Below are positions 1-13,228 of a DNA stretch of 64,000 nucleotides, piece after piece. The stretch spans positions 100,006,001 to 100,070,000 of the forward strand of contig OX597823.1 in NCBI GenBank assembly GCA_951406725.2, given 5' to 3'. This DNA is from Octopus vulgaris. Lineage: Eukaryota. The first letter of the stretch is position 1, and the number at the start of each line of letters is the position of its first letter. The notes under the pieces are model-generated. The model did not search any database, was not told where the DNA came from, and saw nothing but the letters and a program-made list of their open reading frames with translations. Made by a program: the position numbers and the translations under genes.

Positions 1-3000
1 CATGAAGAAGCAGAAGGGCTGAAACGTAAGCCAAGAATATCCATGATGTTTCATGAAGAAGCAGAAGGGCTGAAACGTAAGCCAAGAATATCCATGATGT
101 TTCATGAAGAAGCAGAAGGGCTGAAACGTAAGCCAAGAATATCCATGATGTTTATAAATAACCAGAAGGGCTGAAACGTAAGCCAAGAATATCCATGATG
201 TTTCATGAAGAAGCAGAAGGACTGAAACGTAAGCCAAGAATATACATGATGTTTCATGAAGAAGCAGAAGGGATGAAACGTAAGCCAAGAATATACATGA
301 TGTTTCATGAATAAGCAGAAGGACTGAAACGTAAGCCAAGAATATACATGATGTTTCATGAATAAGCAGAAGGGCTGAAACGTAAGCCAAGAATATCCAT
401 GATGTTTCATGAATAAGCAGAAGGGCTGAAACGTAAGCCAAGAATATCCATGATGTTTCATGAAGAAGCAGAAGGGCTGAAACGTAAGCCAAGAATATAC
501 CATGATGTTTCATGAATAAGCAGAAGGGCTGAAACGTAAGCCAAGAATATACATGATGTTTCATGAAGAAGCAGAAGGGCTGAAACGTAAGCCAAGAATA
601 TACATGATGTTTCATGAAGAAGCAGAAGGGCTGAAACGTAAGCCAAGAATATACATGATGTTTCATGAATAAGCAGAAGGGCTCAAACGTAAGCCAAGAA
701 TATCCATGATGTTTCATGAATAAGCAGAAGGGCTGAAACGTAAGCCAAGAATATCCATGATGTTTCATAAATAACCAGAAGGGCTGAAACGTAAGCCAAG
801 AATATACATGATGTTTCATGAATAAGCAGAAGGGCTGAAACGTAAGCCAAGAATATCCATGATGTTTCATGAATAAGCAGAAGGGCTGAAACGTAAGCCA
901 AGAATATACATGATGTTTCATAAATAAGCAGAAGGGCTGAAACGTAAGCCAAGAATATACATGATGTTTCATGAAGAAAGCAGAAGGGCTGAAACGTAAG
1001 CCAAGAATATACATGATGTTTCATGAATAAGCAGAAGGGCTGAATCGTAAGCCAAGAATATACATGATGTTTCATGAATAAGATGAAGGGCTGAAACGTA
1101 AGCCAAGAATATCCATGATGTTTCATGAAGAAGCAGAAGGGCTGAAAAGTCAGCCAAGAATATACATGATGTTTCATGAAGAAGCAGAAGGGCTGAAAGT
1201 CAGCCAAGAATATACATGATGTTTCATAATAAGCAGAAGGGCTGACGTAAGTCACGAATATCCATGATGTTTCATGAATAAGCAGAAGGGCTGAAACGTA
1301 AGCAAAGAATATACATAATGTTTCATGAAGAAGCAGAAGGGATGAAACGTAAGCAAGAATATACATAATGTTTCATGAAGAAGCAGAAGGGATGAAACGT
1401 AAGCCAAGAATATACATGATGTTTCATGAATAAGCAGAAGGGCTGAAACGTAAGCCAAGAATATACATGATGTTTCATGAATAAGCAGAAGGGCTGAAAC
1501 GTAAGCCAAGAATATACATGATGTTTCATGAATAAGCAGAAGGGCTGAAACGTAAGCCAAGAATATACATGATGATTCATGAATAAGATGAAGGGCTGAA
1601 ACGTAAGCCAAGAATATCCATGATGTTTCATGAAGAAGCAGAAGGGCTGAAACGTAAGCCAAGAATATCCATGATGTTTCTTGAAGAAGCAGAAGGGCTG
1701 AAACGTAAGCCAAGAATATTCATGATGTTTCATAAATAAGCAGAAGGGCTGAAACGTAAGCCAAGAATATCCATGATGTTTCATAAATAAGCAGAAAGGG
1801 CTGAAACGTAAGCCAAGAATATCCATGATGTTTCATAAATAAGCAGAAAGGCTGAAACGTAAGCCAAGAATATCCATGATGTTTCATGAATAAGCAAAAG
1901 GGCTGAAACGTAAGCCAAGAATATCCATGATGTTTCATGAATAAGCAGAAGGGCTGAAACGTAAGCCAAGAATATACATGATGTTTCATAAATAAGCAGA
2001 AGGGCTGAAACGTAAGCCAAGAATATCCATGATGTTTCATGAATAAGCAGAAGGGCTGAAACGTAAGCCAAGAATATACATGATGTTTCATGAATAAGCA
2101 GAAGGGCTGAAACGTAAGCCAAGAATATACATGATGTTTCATGAATAAGCAGAAGGGATGAAACGTTAGCCAATTAAATACATGATGTTTCATGAATAAG
2201 CAGAAGGGATGAAACGTTAGCCAATTAAATACATGATGTGTCATGAAGAAGCAGAAGGGCTGAAACGTAAGCCAAGAATATACATGATGTTTCATGAAGA
2301 AGCAGAAGGGCTGAAACGTAAGCCAAGAATATACATGATGTTTCATGAAGAAGCAGAAGGGCTGAAACGTAAGCCAAGAATATCCATGATGTTTCATGAA
2401 GAAGCAGACGGGCTTAAACGTAAGTCATGAATATACATGATGTTTCATGAATAAGCAGAAGGGCTGAAACGTAAGCGAAGAATATACATGAAGTTTCATG
2501 AATAAGCAGAAGGGATAAAACGTAAGCCAAGAATATCCATGATGTTTCATGAAGAAGCAGAAGGGCTGAAACGTAAGTCAAGAATATACATGACGTTTCA
2601 TGGAGAAGCAGAAGGGCTGAAACGTAAGCCAAGAATATACATGATGTTTCAAGAATAAGATGAAGGGCTGAAACGTAAGCCAAGAATATACATGATGTTT
2701 CAGGAAGAAGCAGAAGGGCTGAAACGTAAGCCAAGAATATACATGACGTTTCATGGAGAAGCAGAAGGGCTGAAACGTAAGCCAAGAATATACATGATGT
2801 TTCATGAAGAAGCAGAAGGGCTGAAACGTAAGCCAAGAATATCCATGATGTTTCAGGAAGAAGCAGAGGGGCTGAAACGTAAGCCAAGATTTTATATGAT
2901 GTTTCAAGAATAAGATGAAGGGCTGAAACGTAAGCCAAGAATATACATGATGTTTCATGAAGAAGCAGAAGGGCTGAAACGTAAGCCAAGAATATACATG

Positions 3001-6000
3001 ACGTTTCATGGAGAAGCAGAAGGGCTGAAACGTAAGCCAAGAATATACATGACGTTTCATGGAGAAGCAGAAGGGCTGAAACGTAAGCCAAGAATATACA
3101 TGATGTTTCATGAAGAAGCAGAAGGGCTGAAACGTAAGCCAAGAATATCCATGATGTTTCAGGAAGAAGCAGAGGGGCTGAAACGTAAGCCAAGATTTTA
3201 TATGATGTTTCATGAATAAGCAGAAGGGCTTGAACGTAAGCCAAGAAAATACATGATGTTTCATGAATAAGCAAAAGGGCTGAAACGTAAGCCAAGAATA
3301 TATATGATGTTTCATGAATAAGCAGAAGGGCTGAAACGTAAGCCAAGAATATACATGATGAGTCATGAATAAGCAGAAGGGCTTAAACGTAAGCCAAGAA
3401 TATACATGATGTTTCCTGAATAAGCAGAAGGGCTGAAGCGTAAGCCAAGAATATACGTGATGTTTCATGAAGAAGCAGAAGGGATGAAACGTAAGCCAAG
3501 AATATACATGATGTTTCATGAAGAAGCCGAAGAGATGAAACGTAAGCCAAGAATATACATGATGTTTCATGAAGAAGATGAAGGGCTGAAACGTAAGCCA
3601 AGAATATACATGATGTTCCATGAATAAGCAGAAGGGCTGAAACGTAAGCCAAGAATATACATGATGTTTCATGAAGAAGCAGAAGGGCTGAAACGTAAGC
3701 CAAGAATATACATGATGTTTCATGAAGAAGCAGAAGGGCTGAAACGTAAGCCTTGAATATACATGATGTTTCATGAAGAAGCAGAAGGGCTGAAACGTAA
3801 GCCTTGAATATACATGATGTTTCATGAATAACCAGAAGGGCTGAAACATAAGCCAAGAATATACATGATGTTTCATGAAGAAGCAGAATGGCTGAAACGT
3901 AAGCCAAGAATATACAAGATGTTTCATGAATAACCAGAAGGGCTGAAACTTAAGCCAAGAATATACATGATGTTTCATGAAGAAGCAGAAGGGCTGAAAC
4001 GTATGCCAAGAATATACATGATGTTTCATGAAGAAGCAGAAGGGCTGAAACGTAAGCCTTGAATATACATGATGTTTCATGAAGAAGCAGAAGGGCTGAA
4101 ACGTAAGCCTTGAATATACATGATGTTTCATGAATAACCAGAAGGGCTGAAACATAAGCCAAGAATATACATGATGTTTCATGAATAAGCAGAAGGGCTG
4201 AAACGTAAGCCAAGAATATACATGATGTTTCATGAAGAAGCAGAAGAGCTGAAACGTAAGCCAAGAATATACATGATGTTTCATGAAGAAGCAGAAGAGC
4301 TGAAACGTAAGCCAAGAATATACATGATGTTTCATGAAGAAGCAGAAGAGCTGAAACGTAAGCCAAGAATATACATGATGTTTCATGAATAAGCAGAAGG
4401 GCTGAAACGTAAGCCAAGAATATACGTGATGTTTCATGAATAAGCAGAAGTGCTGAAACATAAGCCAAGAATATACATGATGTTTCATGAATAAGCAGAA
4501 GTGCTGAAACGTAAGCCAAGAATATACATGATGTTTCATGAAGAAACAGAAGGGCTGAAACGTAAGCCAAGAATATCCATGATGTTTCATGAAGAAGCAG
4601 AAGGGCTGAAACGTAAGCCAAGAATATACATGATGTTTCATGAATATGCAGAAGGGCTGAAACATAAGCCAAGAATATACATGATGTTTCATGAAGAAGC
4701 AGAAGGGCTGAAACGTAAGCAATGAATATCCATGATGTTTCATGAAGAAGCAGAAGGGCTGAAACATAAGCCAAGTATATACATGATGTTTCATGAAGAA
4801 GCAGAAGGGCTGAAACGTAAGCCAAGAATATACATGCTGTTTCATGAAGAAGCAGAAGGCCTGAAACGTAAGCCAAGAATATCCATGATGTTTTATGAAT
4901 AAGCAGAAGGGCTGAAACGTAAGCCAAGAATATACATGATGTTTCATGAATAAGCAGAAGGGCTGAAACGTAAGCCAAAAATATACATGATGTTTCATGA
5001 ATAAGCAGAAGGGCTGAAACGTAAGCCAAGAATATACATGATGTTTCATGAATAAGCAGAAGGGCTGAAACGTAAGCCAAAAATATCCATGATGTTTCAT
5101 GAAGAAGCAGAAGGGCTGAAACGTAAGCCAAGAATATCCATGATGTTTCATGAATAAGCAGAAGGGCTGAAACGTAAGCCAAGAATATACATGATATTTC
5201 ATGAATAAGCAGAAGGGCTGAAACGTAAGCCAAGAATATCCATGATGTTTCATGAATAAGATGAGGGGCTGAAACGTAAGCCAAGAATATCCATGATGTT
5301 TCATGAATAAGCAGAAGTGATTAAACGTAAGCGAAGTATATACATGATGTTTCATGAAGAAGCAGAATGGCTGAAACGTAAGCCAAGAATATACATGATA
5401 TTTCATGAATAACCAGAAGGGCTGAAACGTAAGCTAAGAATATCCACGATGTTTCAGGAAGAACCAGAAGGGATGAAACGTAAGCCAAGAATATCCATGA
5501 TGTTTCATGATGAAGCAGCAGGGCTGAAACGTAAGCCAAGAATATACATGATATTTCATGAATAACCAGAAGGGCTGAAACGTAAGCCAAGAATATCCAT
5601 GATGTTTCAGGAAGAACCAGAAGGGATGAAACGTAAGCCAAGAATATCCATGATGTTTCATGAAGAAGCAGAAGGGATGAAACGTAAGTCAAGAATATAC
5701 ATGATGTTTCATGAATAAGCAGAAGGGATGAAACGTAAGCCAAGAATATACATGATGTTTCATGAATAAGATGAAGGGCTGAAACGTAAGCCAAGAATAT
5801 ACATGATGTTTCATGAAGAAGCAGAAGGGCTGAAACGTAAGCCAAGAATATCCATGATGTTTCATGAATAACATGAAATGCTGAAACGTAAGCCAAGAAT
5901 ATCCATGATGTTTCATGAATAACCAGAAGGGCTGAAACGTAAACCAAGAATGTACATGATGTTTCATGAATAAGCAGAAGGGCTGAAACGTAAGCCAAGA

Positions 6001-6608
6001 ATATCCATGGTGTTTCATGAATAACCAGAAGGGCTGAAACGTAAGCCAAGAATATACATGATGTTTCATGAAGAAGCAGAAGGGCTGAAACGTAAGCCAA
6101 GAATAACCATGATGTTTCATGAATAACCAGAAGGGCTGAAACGTAAGCCAAGAATATACATGATGTTTCATGAAGAAGCAGAAGGGCTGAAACGTAAGCC
6201 AAGAATAACCATGATGTTTCATGAATAACCAGAAGGGCTGAAACGTAAGCCAAGAATATCCATGATGTTTCATGAAGATGCAGAAGGGCTGAAACGTAAG
6301 CCAAGAATATACATGATTTTTCATGTAGTAGCAGAAGGGCTGAAACGTAAGCCAAGAATATCCATGATGTTTCATGTATAACCAGAAGGGCTGAAACGTA
6401 AGCCAAGAATATCCTTGATGTTTCATGAATAACCAGAAGGGCTGAAACGTAAGCCAAGAATATCCATGATGTTTCATGAAGAAGCAGAAGGGCTGAAACG
6501 TAAGCCAAGAATATACATGATGTTTCTTGGATAAGCAGAAGGGCTGAAACGTAAGCCAAGAATATACATGATGTTTCATGAATAAGATGAAGTGCTGAAA
6601 CGTAAGCC
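1..6608. repeat. 51-bp tandem satellite, about 130 units, truncated by the window start
   Basis: Unit CATGAAGAAGCAGAAGGGCTGAAACGTAAGCCAAGAATAT(A/C)CATGATGTTT repeats head-to-tail with scattered substitutions and a few indels. It ends abruptly at ...CGTAAGCC (6608). Confidence 0.98.
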
Positions 6609-6687
6609 CTTTCTAAATGGGTAATGTAACTTTGAAGTTAGGTCTAAGGTAATATCTAGGAAATTAACTATCTTAGTTTTAGTTTCA

Positions 6688-7464
6688 TATGTACTGCCTA
6701 GAAATTTCAATAATAATAATAATAATGGTAATATTAAAAATATTATTAATAATAATGATAGCAACAACAACAACAATAATAATAATGATAATAATAATAA
6801 TAATAATAATAACAACGTTGGTATAAATAATGATAATAACAATACCAATAATACAGATAGTATAAGTAAAATTATGGTAGGTGGGAATGATGGTGAAGAT
6901 GGATTGATAAATAGTAACCCTAATTTAGATATCAACATGATCACTAATAATGAAAATAATACTAATAATAATTTAAATATCAGTAATGTTCGGGAACTAT
7001 CCTTAAATAATTCCAAAACTGAATACTATCCCCCCCCCAGTTGTAATTGTAGGATTAGATCAAAATGTCTGGTATCTGGTCGTTGTTCGGTCCAAAACGT
7101 AACTTATAAATGCACGATAATAACTTCTAACATTAGCTTTCTTTATTTCGGATGTTCGGTGGATTTAAAAAAACGTCTTAACAATCATTTTTCCTCTTTT
7201 AGACTAAAACATAAGGCAGGTTGCACAACACTATCTAGCAAAATTTGGGAACTAAAAACAAATAATATAGGATTCAACCTAAAATGGGATATAGTTAGAA
7301 GGGCGAAACCTTATAGAAATAGTAGGGAAGGTTGCCAACTTTGTTCTATGGAAACTTATGAAATTTTAAAACATCAGAGTAATATAAATCTGTTGAATAA
7401 TCGTCTGGAGTTGGGACAATCTTGCATACATTCCACAACTCGAACGTTTAAATACTTTAAATGA
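6688..7464 (+). pseudogene. PLE GIY-YIG endonuclease domain with an Asn-rich linker (open frame, no RT in frame)
   Basis: Motifs CNCRIRSKC..SGRC..NVTYKC..YFGCS..LKKRLNNHFSSF..TTLSSKIWELK..LKWDIV..CQLC..E..LLNNRLE..CIH match PLE endonucleases. The frame stays open upstream of the annotated ATG through an (AAT)n tract. Confidence 0.85.
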
Positions 7465-8080
7465 AAATTATGAGTATTCCTATATTTTTCAAATTTTAAC
7501 TTTTTATTATAATAATAAGAAGAAATATACTATACTAGCCTTCAACTTAACTTTCATAGAGGACTAAAAATCTTCACTGTAAACTTGAAATTGAATTTTT
7601 TTGTAAATCTAATCTAGTCTTAAAGTTAATAAAGCTATCCCCCAATTATAAAATACTATGCCTTCTCATAATAATAAGTGATAGTTTTTTCCCTACTCTT
7701 TGTAAAGGAGATTAATGACCTTTTGACACTGACCTAGTTTCTTCTCACCAAATAGCAGTAATTGGCATCTTGTTAGTGGCAACTTGAATTCCTTTTATGG
7801 TATTCTGAAACTTCCCTTACCCTCATTCCTACAACTAACTTGAATTCCTTTTATGATATTCTGTAACCTCCCTTACCCACATTCATGCAACTAAAAAAAT
7901 CTTTTATTACTTCTAATTCTTGTAGCAGTTAAACACAACCATAGTTTGGTTAGTTAGTGGGTGGACTTCACAACCTAATGTTCTTAAAATTTAAATCTAC
8001 ATCTTTATCTGTATATCTACCTTCTCTAAAATGTTACTACTTGATTTGGAAGCTTTTGTATTACTGGAAAACCTATATAA

Positions 8081-8166
8081 TTGGCTGAAGAGCACTCAAC
8101 ATCTTAAATCTGCTGTAATACTTACAACTTTTAATAGAATGTTGTAGTGTGAAACAAATGTACCAA
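8081..8166 (+). ncRNA. type I hammerhead ribozyme motif in the PLE 3' region
   Basis: TTGG-CTGAAGA-[GCACT CAACAT...ATGTTG T AGTGT]-GAAA-CAAATG-TA-CCAA. The core is intact, stem I is TTGG/CCAA and stem II is long. Confidence 0.8.
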
Positions 8167-8202
8167 ATTACCGGAGTCATTCTTGTTGCTTATATATATA
8201 TA

Positions 8203-8595
8203 CTAGCAGTATCGCCCGGCGTTGCTCGGGTTGTAAGGGAAATAACTATATAAGCATTTTTAGAGAGTTATAGCCAAAAAATAGCAAAAAATGCATTAAA
8301 AATTGAAAAAAAATTAAGGTAAATTTTTTTTTAAATCGTTGACACATCGTAGATATTTTTAGAGAGTTACTTTCCTTATATAAAAGCGAAAAAATGCATT
8401 AAAATGGAAAAAATATGATGGTAATTTTTTTAAAATCGTAGACTCATCGTAGACGCGCGCTAATACCCAGAAGGGCTCGATATGAATCACGACTATAAGA
8501 TACCCGCTTTTGGTTAAACTGCACCGCAAAATGTGGGAGTAGTTACGAATCTAAATCAAAGGGGACAGACACACAACTTCACTCTTATATAAAGA
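8203..8595 (-). mobile_element. non-autonomous Helitron
   Basis: On the minus strand it starts TCTTTATAT and ends with hairpin CCCGAGCAACGCCGGG then GATACTGCTAG, inserted at A^T. Same family as 10616-11252 and 24197-24593. Confidence 0.85.
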
Positions 8596-8974
8596 TGCTT
8601 TTTTTTTTTCAGTCATAGAGTTAGATTTATGAAGGTCTTCAGTACAAAATCCTTCGAATTCTGACTCGCTGCTTGATATAATGAAATTCGTATCCATTTT
8701 TTGTCAGAATTACAAATTTTGAAAACACAATAGGAACAAATTTCGGAAAAATATCTCCCATAATTCACGGAATTAAAATTACACTTCGATTTTTGTACAA
8801 AACTGTATTTGAAGTCTTTACGAAGTATAATACGTGTTTTCACGAATGTACTAAAGAGATTTACTCAGATATTCTCATTTAAATATGAATAGGTAAATTC
8901 GGGCGGTTTGGTAACGAAAGGGTTTATATAAGTGTCGTCTGTTTATACATAAACACTGTTTCATACTTTCAGTT

Positions 8975-9818
8975 TAGTCTTCCTCAAATCACTCTGTCGC
9001 TAATTTACTCTCTTCCAAGAACATTTTCACTCACTCTTATCTGTTAGCTTCCCATACATTTTACTCATGTATCTATCAGCGTGATAGACAGAAACAAATA
9101 TTACATCTAGTTTCACTTTATTCGTTGTACACTGTGTGTGTGCGTTTGCGTGTGCTGTAAACCAGACTAAGAAAAGCATTTGACATACACACCAGAATGT
9201 GAGTTTTCTGTAAATTTTGCTTGATTTGAGTTTAAATTTTAAAAACTGGACCTGGAATGACGCGATGCATTGTACTCTTAAAAATGCTAGGTAAATTGTA
9301 ATTGAAGAAATCCTATATTGTAGATTTCTATAACTCCCAAAGGGAGGCAGATAAAATCTGCCTTTTATAATAAGATATATATATATATATCTTATTATAA
9401 AAGGCAGATTTTATCTGCCTCTCTTTGGGAGTTATAGAAATCTACAATATAGGATTTCTTCAATTACAATTTACCTAGCATTTTTAAGAGTACAATGCAT
9501 CGCGTCATGCCAGGTCCAGTTTTTAAAATTTAAACTCCAATTAAGCAAAATTTACAGAAAACTCACATTCTGGTGTGTGTGTCAAATGCTTTTCTTAGTC
9601 TGGTTTACACCACACGCAAACGCACACACACAGTGTGCAACGAATAAAATGAAAGTAAATAGCGACAGAGTGATTTGAGGAAGACTAAACTGAAAGTATT
9701 CTGTCTATGACGCTGATAGATACATGAGTAAAATGTATGGGAAGCTAAGAGCTAAGAGTGAGTGAAAATGTTCTTGGAAGAGAGTAAATAGCGAGAGAGA
9801 GAGTGATTTGAGGAAGAC
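8975..9818. repeat. large imperfect inverted repeat: two copies of one repeat (probable Helitron 5' ends) head-to-head around (TA)7
   Basis: 9390 onward (TCTTATTATAAAAGGCAGATTTTATCTGCCTC...) is the reverse complement of sequence ending at 9375. Similarity extends about 400 bp per arm. Confidence 0.85.
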
Positions 9819-9863
9819 TTTACATTAAATAACCGTAGTGGCTTGTGTTAGTAATAAAGTAAA

Positions 9864-9898
9864 CATACACTCATACATACATACATACATACATACAT

Positions 9899-9931
<33 letters not shown>

Positions 9932-10052
9932 TACACACACACATACATACACACACACATACATACATACACACATACATACATACATACATACATATAC
10001 ATACATACATACATATACATACATACATACACACACACACATACACACACAC
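9864..10052. repeat. (CATA)n/(CA)n microsatellite
   Basis: Direct inspection. Confidence 0.95.
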
Positions 10053-10234
10053 AGTATTGAAGCTTGAGAACAATCAGATACATTTGCAACACATCTGTTG
10101 AAAATATTATTGTTCACACACATACATATACATATATACATACAGACAGATAGACAGATAGACACACACACACACACATGATCCAGCATGGCCACAACCT
10201 CAAGGCTGAAACATATAAAAGAATAACAGAATGT

Positions 10235-10595
10235 AAATGTGTGCAAAGTACAAGAAATATTAATGCAGTATATGGGGATTGAACAATAAGCGTAAGGCAG
10301 TGTCAATGGTGGTTCCAGAAATCCCGAGCCATAAACTACAGCCTAGAAGACGAGCCTCATCCTGAAAGATCTGTAGAACTCGACAAGGACATCCTGAAAA
10401 CCCTGGTGGAACAAAATCTCATCGTAACTGTTGAGGAACTAGCAGAGAAGCTTGGATTTGGTCATTCAACCATTCATTGAGACCTGTGTGCTATCGGAAA
10501 AGTCAGCAAATTGGGTCAATGGGTTCCTCACGAACTTTCCGAGTCTAATTGCATGCAGAGAGTGAATGTATGCTTTTCTTTGCTGTCACATCTCA
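10235..10595 (+). pseudogene. mariner transposase fragment
   Basis: Hand translation gives CQWWFQK..YSLEDEPHPERS..LVEQN..TVEELAEKLGFGHSTIH*DL..KLGQWVPHEL, including the mariner WVPHEL motif and an internal stop. Confidence 0.85.
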
Positions 10596-10615
10596 CCACT
10601 ACTGCGCTATGTATA

Positions 10616-11581
<966 letters not shown>

Positions 11582-11780
11582 GACAAAATTAGAGAATGGA
11601 GAAACATACTTAAATCAGTAAAACATCAACTATCCGATGATACTCAATCCATACTTTAATACACCATTACATATGAGTAAAGGCAATATATAAAATGAAA
11701 TGAGATATACAGTAATAGTAAAAGTAAAAAGATAAAGAGATATAAGTAAAAAATTTCAAATATAATATGCAAATAAATCA

Positions 11781-11895
11781 AAACTGACAGCTGTTTCGGC
11801 AGTGAGGACAGTCATACCTCATTTAACCTATAAGCCATAAAGGCAGGTATAAATGAGGCATTAACAAGGATGCCCCACGGCCTCTTCAGAGAATT
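11781..11895 (-). ncRNA. minimal type I hammerhead motif in an AT-rich PLE-like terminal repeat (about 11582-12350)
   Basis: Minus strand: CT-CTGAAGA-GGC CGTGGGG...CCTCAC T GCC-GAAA-CAGCTG-TC-AG. Stem III is the palindrome CAGCTG and stem I is weak (2 bp). Confidence 0.7.
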
Positions 11896-12229
11896 AAATT
11901 AAATTTGTTATAATAGTGAAAAATATTATATAATCATATACATATAAATATAAAAATATAAAAATGTAAAATATAAAAACTTATACATCATAATGCTACA
12001 CTTATATAATATAATACACATTTGTACAAAAAGGAAGGTAAACAGAACAATATAAAACAAAATATATAACAGTGTATATATTAATATTAATAAGTACCGA
12101 TATTATACATATTTGGCTAATAGTTTTTTTTATAAAAAAAGGGCTAACACATATGGAGATGAAAAATAATAATTAAATCCGTGGTACAGTTCATAAAATT
12201 CTAAAGCTATAAAAGTTAATAAAAATTAC

Positions 12230-12274
<45 letters not shown>

Positions 12275-12350
12275 TAATAATAATAAAAAAATACTAAAAA
12301 TAGATACAGTTAAGTTAGCACCAAGTCCATCCTTTCAAGATCGAAATAAC

Positions 12351-13226
<876 letters not shown>

Positions 13227-13228
13227 AA

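Larger units (their letters stand above)
6609..8191 (+). mobile_element. 5'-truncated, 5'-inverted Penelope-like retroelement (inverted RT fragment, GIY-YIG endonuclease, 3' UTR/pLTR with hammerhead)
   Basis: Minus strand 6609-6687 reads ETKTKIVNFLDITLDLTSKLHYPFRK, a PLE RT C-terminal motif. Plus strand 6688-7464 encodes a GIY-YIG domain. A hammerhead lies at 8081-8166 and the element ends in (TA)n. Confidence 0.85.

Noticed and set aside
102-6579. Long minus-strand ORFs (up to 942 aa) of MKHHVYSWLTFQPFCFF or ETSCIFLAYVSALLLLH repeats
   Set aside because: They are a by-product of a 51-bp (3n) unit lacking stops in two frames. Indels at 970-1360 switch frames freely and there is no unique domain.
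1-6608. CRISPR-like array
   Set aside because: There are no unique spacers, the whole unit repeats, the context is eukaryotic and no cas genes are present.
7781-7892. 56-bp tandem duplication in the PLE 3' UTR as a SECIS element
   Set aside because: No ATGA...AA...GA kink-turn stem could be formed, and there is no in-frame UGA in the visible ORF.
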